A model generated the notes under the pieces. It was not told the DNA's origin and ran no database searches. It saw only the letters and a list, made by a program, of their open reading frames with translations. Positions 39,216 to 50,973 of a stretch of DNA of 64,000 nucleotides are shown here, one piece after another. Both the position numbers and the translations under genes were made by a program. How positions within the stretch are numbered: the stretch's first letter is position 1; every line of letters starts with the position of its first letter. Source of the DNA: Somniosus microcephalus (taxonomy: Eukaryota); assembly GCA_052327205.1 (NCBI GenBank), contig CM126227.1, positions 23,436,001 through 23,500,000 on the forward strand, given 5' to 3'.

Positions 39216-40434
39216 AGGCATGAATGCATACAATATTAAATCAGTATTGATCAAAATTATCAATGTTTTATAATTAAGTATTCAGCTATTAATGACTCAG
39301 CATTTGCCAAGTAGTAATTGTGCATATGAGGATGTGTGCACACACCTAGCCTTATTCATTGTTCAAAGGTCATGCAGTTAATCATTTGATCTTCGCTATT
39401 TAAAATGTCCCTCAGTATTGACCCTTCCTCACCCAATTTCAAATTATACTTGTGCCTATAATAACAGCTAAACTCCCACCTTACCACAATATAAATCTGG
39501 CCCTTTTTTGAATTCCAGGCATCAAATTCCGCTATTAAATTAATGACACCTTTTCTTGCTGATAAGTGAGGCAACAGCAACAATCTTACGCATGCTCTTA
39601 AAAAACGCATTAACACAAGATAAATTAACATACTTTCAACCCATAAAATTCCAGCATCTGATGGTGAAGTCATTTACACTTCAAAACACTTACAAAGGTG
39701 TTACCAACTACATACATTTTAATGAGGAATTATAACTACAAACCATGGCAAGCTACAAAAAGTAATTAATAGTTTTTCCATTTGTACCCTCTCACATCAA
39801 TTTAGACTTCATTACAAACTACAGTAGTTTTACCCCTGTATTCTAATGGACCCTTCAATCACAGTTGCAGCAAGCTCAGTTGCAGCCTTTCAGTTCTTTT
39901 TAATTTTTACATCAAGGTGATATCTTGCAGAAATTTGCTTTTTTTGAAAAAGGCAAATTATTCAAGTTAAGCTAGCTGAGGAGAGAGAGATTCTGACCTT
40001 TTCACTAGATTCCTATAGTAGTTTCAGATCCTGTGCTCACTGGCACTGAAACTGCAATAACCTCAACTGGTCATGAACACCAGCCAAATACCAGGATCTG
40101 GGAGGACTCCAGATAGGTGAAAAGAGGGTGAACAGGACAGATTGCAGATTCACCAATATGGCTAAATTCAGATTCACAAGCCAGTCTGAAGCTTACCGCC
40201 ATACCTTAATTGGCATTTATAAAACTCCACATGATCCTCAAATTACCACTGGCTAAAAGAAAAACAAGGCAATGTAACAGCTGTCATCTAAGTCATCCAC
40301 CCTGACTAAGTGTAGCAGTGAATAAAATACCAGAGGCATTAGTTTGTCCCACTAATGTAATTCCATCGTACAATGGAATTCTATAAATACACTTGGATAG
40401 GACAACACAGCCAATTTTGTATTATTCTACATAA

Positions 40435-41240
40435 CCTTGGTAGCAGAGTGGATCAGCATATTGTCTTTTCATCACTTGGTCCTCTATTAGAATACAGCTC
40501 AACTGTGGCTCAGTGGGTAGCACATTCACCTCCGAGTCAGAAGGTTGTGGGTTCAAGTCCCACTCTAGGGACGTGAGCACATAAAGCTAGGCTGACACTC
40601 CAGTGCAGTGCTGAGGGAGTGCTGCACCGTTGGGAGGTGCCGTCTTTCGGATGAGATGTTAAACCGAGGCCCCTTCCGCTCTCAGGTAGACGTAAAAGAT
40701 CCCATGGCACTATTGCGAAGTGGTGCAGGGGAGTTCTCTCTGGTGTCCTGGCCAATATTTATCCCTCAAATCAACATAACAAAAACAGATTATCTGGTTA
40801 TTATCACATCGCTGTTTGTGGGAGCTTGCTGTGCACAAATTGGCTGCCGCGTTTCCTACATTACAACAGTGACTATGTTCCAAAAGTACTTCATTGGCTG
40901 TAAAGCGCTTTGAGACGTCCGGGGGTCGTGAAAGGCGCTATATAAATGCAAGTCTTTATTTTTCAGACTGATGGAATTAATGTTTCCTCTTTCTGCCAGC
41001 TATAAGGGTCTCAAGAGAAATGAATTTGGGAAATTCATGCCAATTCCTAGTGGGCACAGATCCACAGCACATAACTGCCCATAAACTGACACTAACTGGC
41101 AATTCACTCAGTCTACAAGGATGGATGAGTAATACGGAAAATGGAAAAATTAAGCCTGGTGTATCAGGGCTGCTGTTAAGGCACATTACTGGGACATAAA
41201 AGAGAGCTGTGCTCAGCATTCAGTCTGTGCCATATCTGAT
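40435..41240 (+). mobile_element. LF-SINE-like element interrupted by a Deu-domain SINE
   Basis: ccaattcctagtgggcacagatccacagcac...gacactaactggca and gttaaggcacatt resemble the recalled LF-SINE core; related copy at ~47150. Confidence 0.55.
40503..40963 (+). mobile_element. Full-length Deu-domain SINE (SacSINE1-like)
   Basis: A box tggctcagtgg and B box ggttcaagtcc; Deu domain gccgtctttcggatgagatgttaaaccgagg...aaagatcccatggcact...ggtgtcctggccaa; L2-type tail. Confidence 0.88.
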
Positions 41241-41896
41241 AAGGGAGTAAAAACAGTACAAAATTATAATAAAGTCTGTTATATAAATTGCAAATACTTA
41301 TTTTAAGTTCACTAATTATCCTGGAGTGACTTGTATGCAAGTGAAATATTTACACCAATGTGGCTTATTTAAATGTATAAAAACAGGGGTGAAATTTTAG
41401 GTCAAAGTTTGCAGGCATTTACATATTTTTCGCACATTTAAAAAGTGAATATTCTTTTATTTACATTCTACAATCTCTAAAGAAATTAAACGATTAATTT
41501 TTCCTGTATCCATTATTATCGCAGTATTTTCTGGATCAAGTCCATACAGTTAATCTGCAGCATTCAAAAATATTTGTAAAACCTTAGTACCATTATTTAT
41601 TCTGTTTCTATCGCCTATGGCCATAGTAGTGTTAAAGTAAATCATACAAAAACTTTAAATGGTGCATCGATCACTGCTTTAAATACATTTTCAATGTTAC
41701 TTGCTATTTGGTTAATATAACTTCTTCTGAACTCACTTAACATAACTTTATGCTCAACAAAATTTGTTGCTTTAACTTTAAGCAAAGCAAAATTAATTCT
41801 AAGAGATATATACAAAAGCCTTTGGGAGAAGCTAGTCAGTTGGATAGCAAAGCGCTTCTACTAGCCACAACAGATCAAATTCAGCAAGAAACCCAC

Positions 41897-42286
41897 ATTC
41901 ACTAGAGTTTAGAAGAATGAGAAACGTATAAAATTCTGACAGGGCGAGTCAGACTGGATGCAGGGAGGATGTTTCCCCTGGCTGGGGGGGTCTAGAACGA
42001 GGGGTCACAGTCTCAGGATACGGGGTAGAACATTTAGGACTGAGATGAGGAGAAATTTCTTCACTCAGAGGGTGGTGAACCTGTGGAATTCTCTACCACA
42101 GAAGTCACTGAATATATTTAAGAAGGAGATAGATAGATTTCTAGACACAAAAGGCATCAAGGGGTATGGGGAGAGAGCGGGAATATGGTATTGAGAGAGA
42201 GGATCGACCATGATCATACTGAATGGCGGAGCAGGCTCAAGGGCCAAATGGCCTACTCCTGCTCCTATTTTTCTATGTTTCTATGT
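41897..42286 (+). mobile_element. CR1 LINE 3' end
   Basis: SRTRGHSLRIRG...FFTQRVVNLWNSLP; (ttctatgt) tail. Confidence 0.93.
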
Positions 42287-44334
42287 TAATTTTCCATATA
42301 AAGCTGTGCTCCATAGGATACTGGTAATAATGTCTGCCAATCAAATAGAAAAATTCCTTAACATGCCTGTTCCTTTACTCTACCACTATTTGTAACTTCC
42401 CCTTTTTGAATCCTACATAAAGGGCTCCCATATGGTTTATGTTCAGTTTTTTTTAATGAGTAAGAAGGCTAATTCTCAAAGTTACTTGTTGCACAGGTGC
42501 AAAGTTAGAGAGTTAACCATTTTATTTGAAAGAAGAATAAATGGCTCGTTAAGCAGAAAAAAATAACACAAACTGATCAACGTTTTCCAATATTTCGTTT
42601 GCATGTCATAATCAAGCCCAACATTTCTGGGGCTCTGCTCTCTCAGTGCAAGTGTGGCAGAGCAGAATGCTCACTTGCCCGAGCCCGAGGTCAGAGACTC
42701 CATCCCAAATCTCAGGAAGAGGGTTATATGTACAGACGGGGCAAATGCCAGTGCCTGCCAGGGTATATCAGCAGTGCCTACCCCAATCCCTTGTGAAACG
42801 AAGCAGCCTGTAGCCAGTCCACTATAAAAGGATGGTCATTGTAGCTTCCCCAGTTTGCATATTGACATGAAATCTCCGACCATGTATGGCTGTAGTATCT
42901 GTGTCAAGGAGTCACAGTCAATCCCAAAATGCTACATTGGTCCTTGATGGGAGAAATGTGCAAAGCTATTTTCCCTACTTCATGGGACTGGCTGGTGTCA
43001 AAGTCTGTTGATACAACTATGACTCCTCATTCTAAAGAAGGGCTGTCATATTACTTTTCTAGTCCATGAACTTTGGCATTGGAGGTCATTAGTGCCTTTG
43101 CAGTTTCTAGAAGGAAACAACTATTGATACAAAGACAGATTTGGACAAAAAAGGAGCGACCAGAACTATTATATCAAATCCAAACCAATACCGTCCTCAT
43201 TTTTTATAAAATGATTTTAATTCATGGAACTAGTCATGAGAATGGAATGACTTGTGGAACTATTCTGCTTTAGTGTTTGAGCAGAGAGCATATGGATCTG
43301 TTAAGCTCTTGAAGCCACGAGTCTTCTTTTCAGACCCACATTGTTAGGTGGACTGAATTTATAGCATGCAGAACTCCAATCTGTGATATAATGGGTGATA
43401 TTGAAGAGACTGCACCAGTGCAGGCACAGGATAAGCCCAAGGCTCTACTTACATAATGTAAATTCTATTTGATTTTGAAGTCAGAAACTGACAGAACTAT
43501 ACACGATTATGAAAATTACTTGGACTATGATGAAAGCAATGGAATTGCGCCACTATATTCCTGTATGTGTATTCATGTGCTTGTTTGCAGATGTGTATGT
43601 GGAGTCACCATTTCAGCTTTGAGTCTCCAGTGATTCATCCACAGGATTGCTTGAAGTGCCCATGGTATGCAGGAGGATAAAATAACGACTGGTGTGCAAA
43701 AAAACATGCTCTACAAAAGTCAAAAATGAAAAACATGAAAAGGATTCTTTGTTGCCTAGGATAGAAGTAATGTCTTTTTCCAACAGATGTTGCTAGTACA
43801 CTTGAACTACAAAGAAAGGTTTAAATAATATGTAAATTTTCCAATTGCTGTATCTGGCACACAGCCTTGTCTGCCAACAGCAAATAATGAGAAATTTATC
43901 CTAATTTTTTTTAACGAGAGTCTGAGTTGTTTGTGCTGAGCATTCTCGTCACACGATACAATTATTACAGCATTCAACAAGGAGTAAATGCGATTGAGTC
44001 CTTCTGCCAAGGGATGCTGTTAATCCTCAAGCTGATCTTTTTGCGACTTGACCAGCTGACCATTTTCACACATTATCTGGAAGATGAACAGTCATCAGCT
44101 CCTAGAAACAGACTTCATAACACCAGTGTCAGCTATTACAGACTTACCCAAGCCAAAGTACAAATCAAATCTAAACAATGAGACAAATCATATTCATTTG
44201 AATTGCAAATCTGACTTCCCATTTAAGTCTTTACCAAGTTCCTAAATTACCTCTGCTGCGGTATATGCAAAGTACCTCATTGTGTTGCACACCTTAACTG
44301 GAGCCCACTGCACTTTGATATTGTCCTCACCAAT

Positions 44335-44680
44335 TTTCTCCCACCCCACCTTTATTCCTGAAGGTTTTTGCTGATTGTTGGGGATTTAGTTCCATGGGTG
44401 CTGGCACCTTTCCAGTAACTCATCCAAGAGGTCAGTATTTAAACAAGTCTTGACAGTGAGTGTAGCCAGATCATTCACCAGGAGTGACAGCGAGGCGGTG
44501 CTTGATCCTGTCCACACACACATGTAGCTAATTTCCCCCACCCCCTGGGGTGCTGATGCCAATTGTAGTATCCTACCACCAACTATTGTGGAGATCAGCT
44601 GTCTCCACACTGACCAAATCGGGGATACTCCTGGCCTGTACCGCTCAGTTACTCACTAGAAAAACCCACCGAGTCATTGG
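44335..44680 (-). mobile_element. Degraded AmnSINE2-like SINE
   Basis: gccaattgtag...gagatcagct...cctggcctgtaccgctcagt matches the reverse of the recalled consensus. Confidence 0.6.
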
Positions 44681-44913
44681 AGTAGCTATTGTGTTGTTTA
44701 GAACACTGAATCAAATTTTCCTACAACATAATCCAGCTTTACGAGAAAAAAATGTATGCATTATGCAAGCAAAAGTATAATGTAGTAAGTCATTAAAGTT
44801 ACGCTTACATGAGTAAATTGTGATCGTCATCGAATTATTCTAGGCATATATCATACACACAAAGCAATCTTTTGAAAAATCATGTTTTACCATTAAATTC
44901 TATTAACTGTTAC

Positions 44914-45139
44914 TGATGTAAGAAAACTCACTAAGCACTTGGTTGAGTATAAAACAAGGCTTTAATCAACTGTTTCACAACCATGAGATTCTAGTTGCAT
45001 CACTAGTTCCTGGTTACAAAAACATCCTGAGCAAGCTGGGCCCACACCCGAGTATTTATACTCCTTGGACGGCGCCACCAGCTGGCCGCCCAGTGTTATT
45101 CCATGAGTCATTTCTTCATGAATGATAAGATTCATGACA
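44914..45139 (-). mobile_element. 226-bp solo LTR
   Basis: TG...CA termini; TSD gttac/gttag; homologous to 48482-48710. Confidence 0.85.
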
Positions 45140-45403
45140 GTTAGTATAATATTTTTTTCCAAAATGAGCAGTATAATTAATCCTGGCAGTGAGTTATACC
45201 ACACAAACTGACCAGTTCTGACTGACTGGGTGCACAGACCACACTTTACAAGTGAGTTTCACTATCAGTCACAAGGAATTATTGTTAATGTAACATTTTT
45301 TTTTAATGTTCAGCATAATTGGAAAATCCAGCTAGAATAAAAGTTGTTGAGCCTAACAGCATGTAGCAGCTGACTTATAGGTCATTAACATGAAACAGAT
45401 TGA

Positions 45404-45527
45404 GGGGGGTGAATTTCCAGGGGTTCTCCCACTCATCCACCATAGCTGCTGCAGCAAAACAGCATAAACAACGCTGTTTTTCCGGGCCTTCTGTGGCTTT
45501 TGCAAACCTCGGCAGAAATTCACCCTC
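45404..45527. mobile_element. Short MITE
   Basis: TIRs gggtgaatttc / gaaattcaccc. Confidence 0.65.
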
Positions 45528-47147
45528 ATTGTGTGAATCCAAAGCAGTTCTGGTCTCCTATGAACAACACTGCACATTTTGAGTTCACGTGAATTTAAAT
45601 GTAACGGTTTGATTTTTTACAACAGTTACTAATTAGAAAGTCACTCTTTGGTCATGAATTACGCTGCATGATTATTAGGACACAAACTCTGAACACGTTT
45701 GTGAGAAATTCTTTTTATTGGCTATTTTAATGGAGTCATTAATCCATTCAAGTGAAACAAGTTAATACCTTCAAAATAGAAGAGAAAGGAATTTCATACA
45801 TTTGTATACGAGTCCTTTGTCTCGAGGCAACATCGCTAAGATGTGCATTCACTGAGAACACCTTCAAATAAAACTGGTTGTACAGCAGTTAATTAACTTC
45901 ATGAAAAGTTGCATCAGAAAATAAAAAGCCAAAGTTGGACAGCGTCTAAACTATACAAGAACAGATAGAACCTGTCACAAGCCTCTCTGGAGGCAGCAGA
46001 TAAGGTGTAATGCTTCGGACTTGATGCCAGTTCCTCAGGTATTGGCTTGGGAAACTGGCCAAAAAGGTTTCACTTACCTTTTCAACATCAATAGACAACA
46101 TGAAGACATGCCACAATTCATTCACCAGTGGATTGTTCGACAGATGGAGTCAAGTTATAGTTGAGTGGGTAGGGAAATGGGGAAGAGAAAAAAAAAGAAA
46201 AGGAAGAACTCAATTTAGTCTGCTTTAATAAAAACCCCATCACCAAGCTCCATTTCTTGACACATCCAATCCGATTAAAAACAGCACTAGCCACAACTCT
46301 GAACAGATGAAGTCGACCATCTGCCATCTTGGATCATTTCAAATAACAGTGCAATAACGAGGCTGATCTTGTGAGTGTTGTAAGGATGTGACTTTTGAAT
46401 AGGTTGGCTTAATTTTCATATTCCAGAAATAGGTATGATACAGAATTCATTGCAATGAGTAATTCATTAATAATGCTCCAATAGTGGCTGTCCAGCACAG
46501 TGACATTACACTGCAGAAAATGAGACCTGAAAATGTCAGCCCATGAAAATATGCCCTTCACAGAAAACATTCCTTTGATGAGCATTTAATTATTATATTT
46601 ACTTTTTGAAATTAGGAATCTAGACAATGGGTTAAATTAAACGGTTATGCAGTTTCAAGCTATTCCCAGAACTTATACTGAACTCAAGGCTATTTACATC
46701 ATTGGTAAATCAGGTGAATGCATCCACTGAAGAACAACATTTTTAAAAACTTTAGAGACTTGGTAACTAGTAAGTTTAGGATTCTGAATCGAGGAGTCCA
46801 ATTCTCAATGCATCGTTAGCATCCAAGAAAGCCAGGTACAGAAAATGTTAATGTACCATAATTATTCCTTTAAACAATTTCTGTATATAACACATGCTCA
46901 TTTATAGCACTATTAGTTCTGGGTGACGTTTCCAATGTATTAGTGCTTTATACACAGAACTTCTAACAGTAACAATCTTCTATAGGTGGTATTGACATCC
47001 TTTTAGGATAAAAAAATGTTTTCTAAATTTGCTAGTGACACCTATAACCTTTGTTTTGACTATGTATCGACAGGCTGTCTGGTTTGCTATTTCCTATGAT
47101 ACATCACTTGAACGTCAACTGCCTACTGGAATGCCAACTTCACCTGA

Positions 47148-47400
47148 GACTGGGTGGCAGAGTGGATTTGAAAACTACCCATCACCTCCGGGACCCAGGC
47201 TTAAATTCAGCCCAAAATGATGGGATGAAAAACTTTTGATTGCCATTGGCATTCTAAGCAGCAAGAGTGTGGAAAACGTCAATCCATTACCTGATAGATA
47301 GAGGAGACTACAAGCAAGAAAAAAAAATTGCCCACTGTTTGGCAATCAAATAGATCCATAGAGACAGCAGGTTGGAGAAGTAGAAATCTCTCACTGAATT
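47148..47400 (+). mobile_element. Degraded LF-SINE-like element
   Basis: tggcagagtgg...tcacctccgggacccaggcttaaattcagccc...tgatgggatgaaa is colinear with the 40435 copy. Confidence 0.5.
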
Positions 47401-47949
47401 AGTAAAACTTTAAAATGTAGGATCGTATAATAGAAATGCTAACATGTACGGATGAAATGTTTTCCTCTGTCATTTTGAGAGACAATAACCTGATTATTTA
47501 AATTTTATGTTACAAGTTCATTTATTTGAAATGGATTAACACCTCCATTAAAATAGCAGAAAAATACATTTCATTGGCACGTCTAATTTCAATGCTTAAG
47601 AGACGGGCGTATAAAAATAAAACTGAAGCACATGGAAACCATAGTGCTAAAAGTGGCTAATGGTTCCACTCCAAGCACTGACATGCCGCCTCTTTTATGA
47701 ATATTGATGGGGCACCATTATCACTAAATTGTTCAGAAAGGTTAGTTTGAATACACAACAAAATGGTGTGGATTTTGCTGAGAAAATCTGAGTGCACTGC
47801 AAGATCATCATTGTCTGGCTTGCATGTGAGAGTATCACAAGACACCAACGTTGAATATGGCACTGGGGCTCTACCGCACCAAAAGAACAATTTTCCTGAA
47901 GAAAAACCACTCAGTCCTAGTTTTAGTTCTTGATTTAGCGATCTTAACC

Positions 47950-48807
47950 AAGGAAGCAGCGGTGGTGTTACCAGTGGTCTCGGTTTCCAGCTTAAGGGAG
48001 GGAAAATTCAGGCGGGGCTCAGATTCATGTTTAATTTCCAACAATCCCGATTGAAAATTAGCATGTGTGGATGTCGGGCGAGGGCAGGCTCAGCTGTGAT
48101 GTCCTCTGCAGTCTGTCAGCCTAGTGACACTGATCATCAAGGCTTCCATATGAATAATGGCCACCAAAAGAAGGCAACCAGCAGCTGTGAAACTGAAGAC
48201 AGGCAACAAGTAAATGCCTTCAGACAAAGAGGAGGGAGGAGAAAAATTGCAGACAACTGGTGAGGAAAACTACTTTTAAAAGTAAAAGTGTGAGGGCCCC
48301 TTACCCAGGATCGCCTCTTCCCCACCCACCACCAACCCTCCCACCCCAAACCCTACATACCGATCAGGGTGGGAGCCGGCTGATTTCCCGCCCTCCCAGA
48401 ACTGGAGAGATACAGCAGGGCACCTCCTTGGCTCGCCGGCGGCATGCTAATCAAGCCTAGGCCTCAAAATGGCTTGGGCCTTGACATGAATCCGGTCATT
48501 CATGTGAAAATGACTTATGTAATAATACTGGGCGGCCTGCTGGTGGCGCTGTCCAGGGAGCGTATAAATACTCGGGCATGGGCCCAGCTTGTGCAGGACA
48601 TTCTTTAACAGGAACTAGTGAAGGACACAACTAGATCTCCATGTTGAAAAACAGTTGATTAAAGCCCTGTTTAATACTCAGACCAAGTGCCTAGTAGTTT
48701 TCTTACGTCAGGCCTCATGCCAGCATAAACGGGAGGGCGGGCGGACAGAGCGACTGTTCCACTGACTTCACGCCCATTTCGGGCCACTACTTTAAAATCC
48801 CGCCCCA
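47950..48807. mobile_element. Degraded Harbinger-type MITE hosting a solo LTR
   Basis: GC-rich block with right end ttaaaatcccgcccc; left end unclear. Confidence 0.55.
48482..48710 (+). mobile_element. 229-bp solo LTR
   Basis: TGAC...GTCA termini; perfect TSD GGCCT; TATAAATA box and ATTAAA. Confidence 0.9.
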
Positions 48808-48909
48808 CATTTTCTCGGGTGTGTGAATTAAAGGCGGCACTAATTCCCAAGTTTGTAACCTGTAATCAGAAAATAAGATGAGTGGTCTTTAGCTTCAATG
48901 TTAAATCTC

Positions 48910-49135
48910 ACAAATGGGACTCCTATCCCTTGCACCGCCACCCTCCTGATCATTATCTAGTTACCTGTGCTGGAAAGATCTCCAGCACAGTTACGATGCC
49001 TCATGATTCAACAGCCTGCTGGCACTCAATTGTATTGACTTACAAGACTTGGGTGGGGTACTGGAGGGTTACCAATTTCTGTGACTCTTGCTGTGGTGTG
49101 AATCAGTGCCTTCAGGAAAAGAGGGAGAAATTTGG
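48910..49135 (+). mobile_element. AmnSINE2-like SINE 3' half
   Basis: ctcctgatc...gctggaaag...ggtactggaggg...tcagtgccttcagga. Confidence 0.6.
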
Positions 49136-50002
49136 GGCGACCACTTAATCACAAATGCCAACATTTAATATTATCTTTTGTTTTGTTTTATTGTATTAAC
49201 ACTACTGTATCACTTACTGCAAAACAAATCCTCTCTTTTTCCAAAGTTAGCTCAATCCAGACTGCTTCTGATATTGATTATACAAAATCACACTTCAAAA
49301 TGAAGCCACCCAAATTATAATGCGTTCAAGTCAAAGCACTAATGGAATGTCAACTCTTTTCTTCAACGGCAGCTTTATCATTTCGGATGATTAAAATCTG
49401 ATTTTTTTTTCCTGATCAAGAACTTTGTTGGCATCAGCACCATGGACAGCTCACATTATTTTTAAACTAATAAGGGGGGGGGGCAATTTTGGCTTCCTTT
49501 TGCCCTCAAAAATGTAGTGGTAATGTGTTGATTGTAACCACAAATGGTGCGGGGAGGGGGGCAGGTGGAAAGAGTGTGAAATACTTTTAGGTAAAATCCC
49601 TCAAGCACTGCAGGTTACCACACATTCTGTACATCATTAGGAAGTTGTTACTGGCATTACTCCATCCTTTGCCATTATGTTTCATTATCATCAGTTCATC
49701 AAAATAAACTCGAAGTCAAACATTAGTGGCTTGTTTCACCCAGAGGCATAAATGTTTAGTGTACCTGAACAAAAAAAAACATGATGCAGAAAAAATGTTC
49801 AAAAAAAAAATCACACACAAGACAGCTGCTAAAACCTGTAATTAAGGTCATCTAAATTTAAAAACATAATAGAAACACAGGAGATATATTTCAGAGAGAC
49901 CTATTAATAGATTGTACTATACTGAATTTATTTGGCTCTGAATCTGCACTAGACTGGGACACAGCCATAACATTACACTTAACAGATTGAAGATAATTGG
50001 AG

Positions 50003-50215
50003 AACTTTTTTTACGCAGCAAGTTGTTATGATCTGGAAGCGTGATGGAAACAGATTCAATAGTAAATTTCAAAAGGGAATTGGATATATATTTGAAAAAG
50101 GAAAAATTTGCAGGGCTATGGGGAAAGAGCAGATGAGTGGGGCTAATTGGTCAGCTTTTTAAAAGAGCCACGATGGACCGAATGACCTCCTTCTGTGCTG
50201 TATGGTTCTATGATT
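50003..50215 (+). mobile_element. CR1 3' end remnant
   Basis: ttgcagggctatggggaaagagc...gaatgacctccttctgtg, as at 35530-35625. Confidence 0.8.
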
Positions 50216-50973
50216 CTCCATCAAAATTGCCTCTGGCCAGTCTATCTCTTTATCTAGTCTTCAACACATTAACTTATAGGCATCACTCGACATTGGCAAA
50301 CAGTGTCTACCTTGAATGAGAAATGTAACATTTTGTTCACTTTCTCTTTTAGCTTCACATGAATAGTTGAGGGAAGCAAAAGAGCATAGGTCAATAAACA
50401 GCTTAAATTAGGCAGAGTTTTACTGACTTCAATCAGTCGCACGGCCTACCATAACATCACAAACAATTGTATTTATACTATCAGTCCATGTTATTCGGGT
50501 TGATGGAAAAACCAGACCATATAATAATTCCTGAATGTATAGGGCTTAAAAATAAAGGTCAGGAATAAACAGTTGAATGGGCAACTTATCTATTTGTACA
50601 AAACAACTGCAGAAAAATTCTGTCTCTGAAACACAAAATAAGTAACTCTCCATAATTGTTTCCATCAAGAACTTCATTTGCTTAGATCTTTGAAAGATTA
50701 TGAAACAATTTATAACTCTCACCAGAACTCTCTAATGCAACTAAGAGTCAAAAGGTCAAAAAGGAGCTGAAAATTTTACACGCACATGTTCCATGTTATA
50801 AACTGTTGAAAGTTGATGACCGCCTTATCTATGATTAAAGCTGAAGGAAATATCAAACATATCTTTTCAGAACAATCGGCTCGCAAGATAAGTTTTATTT
50901 TTCAAGAATTTATTTTCTGCCATATTATTTTCCGGAGAGCCTACAGTGGAATATATTTGAGGATATGCTCAAG

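Noticed and set aside
39486-39560. Minus-strand exon RKGVINLIAEFDAWNSKKGQIYIV
   Set aside because: Splice signals are moderate and the peptide is unrecognised; TAAT-rich context fits non-coding sequence at least as well.
40503-40575. tRNA gene
   Set aside because: The A and B boxes continue into a SINE body and L2-type tail; no complete cloverleaf.
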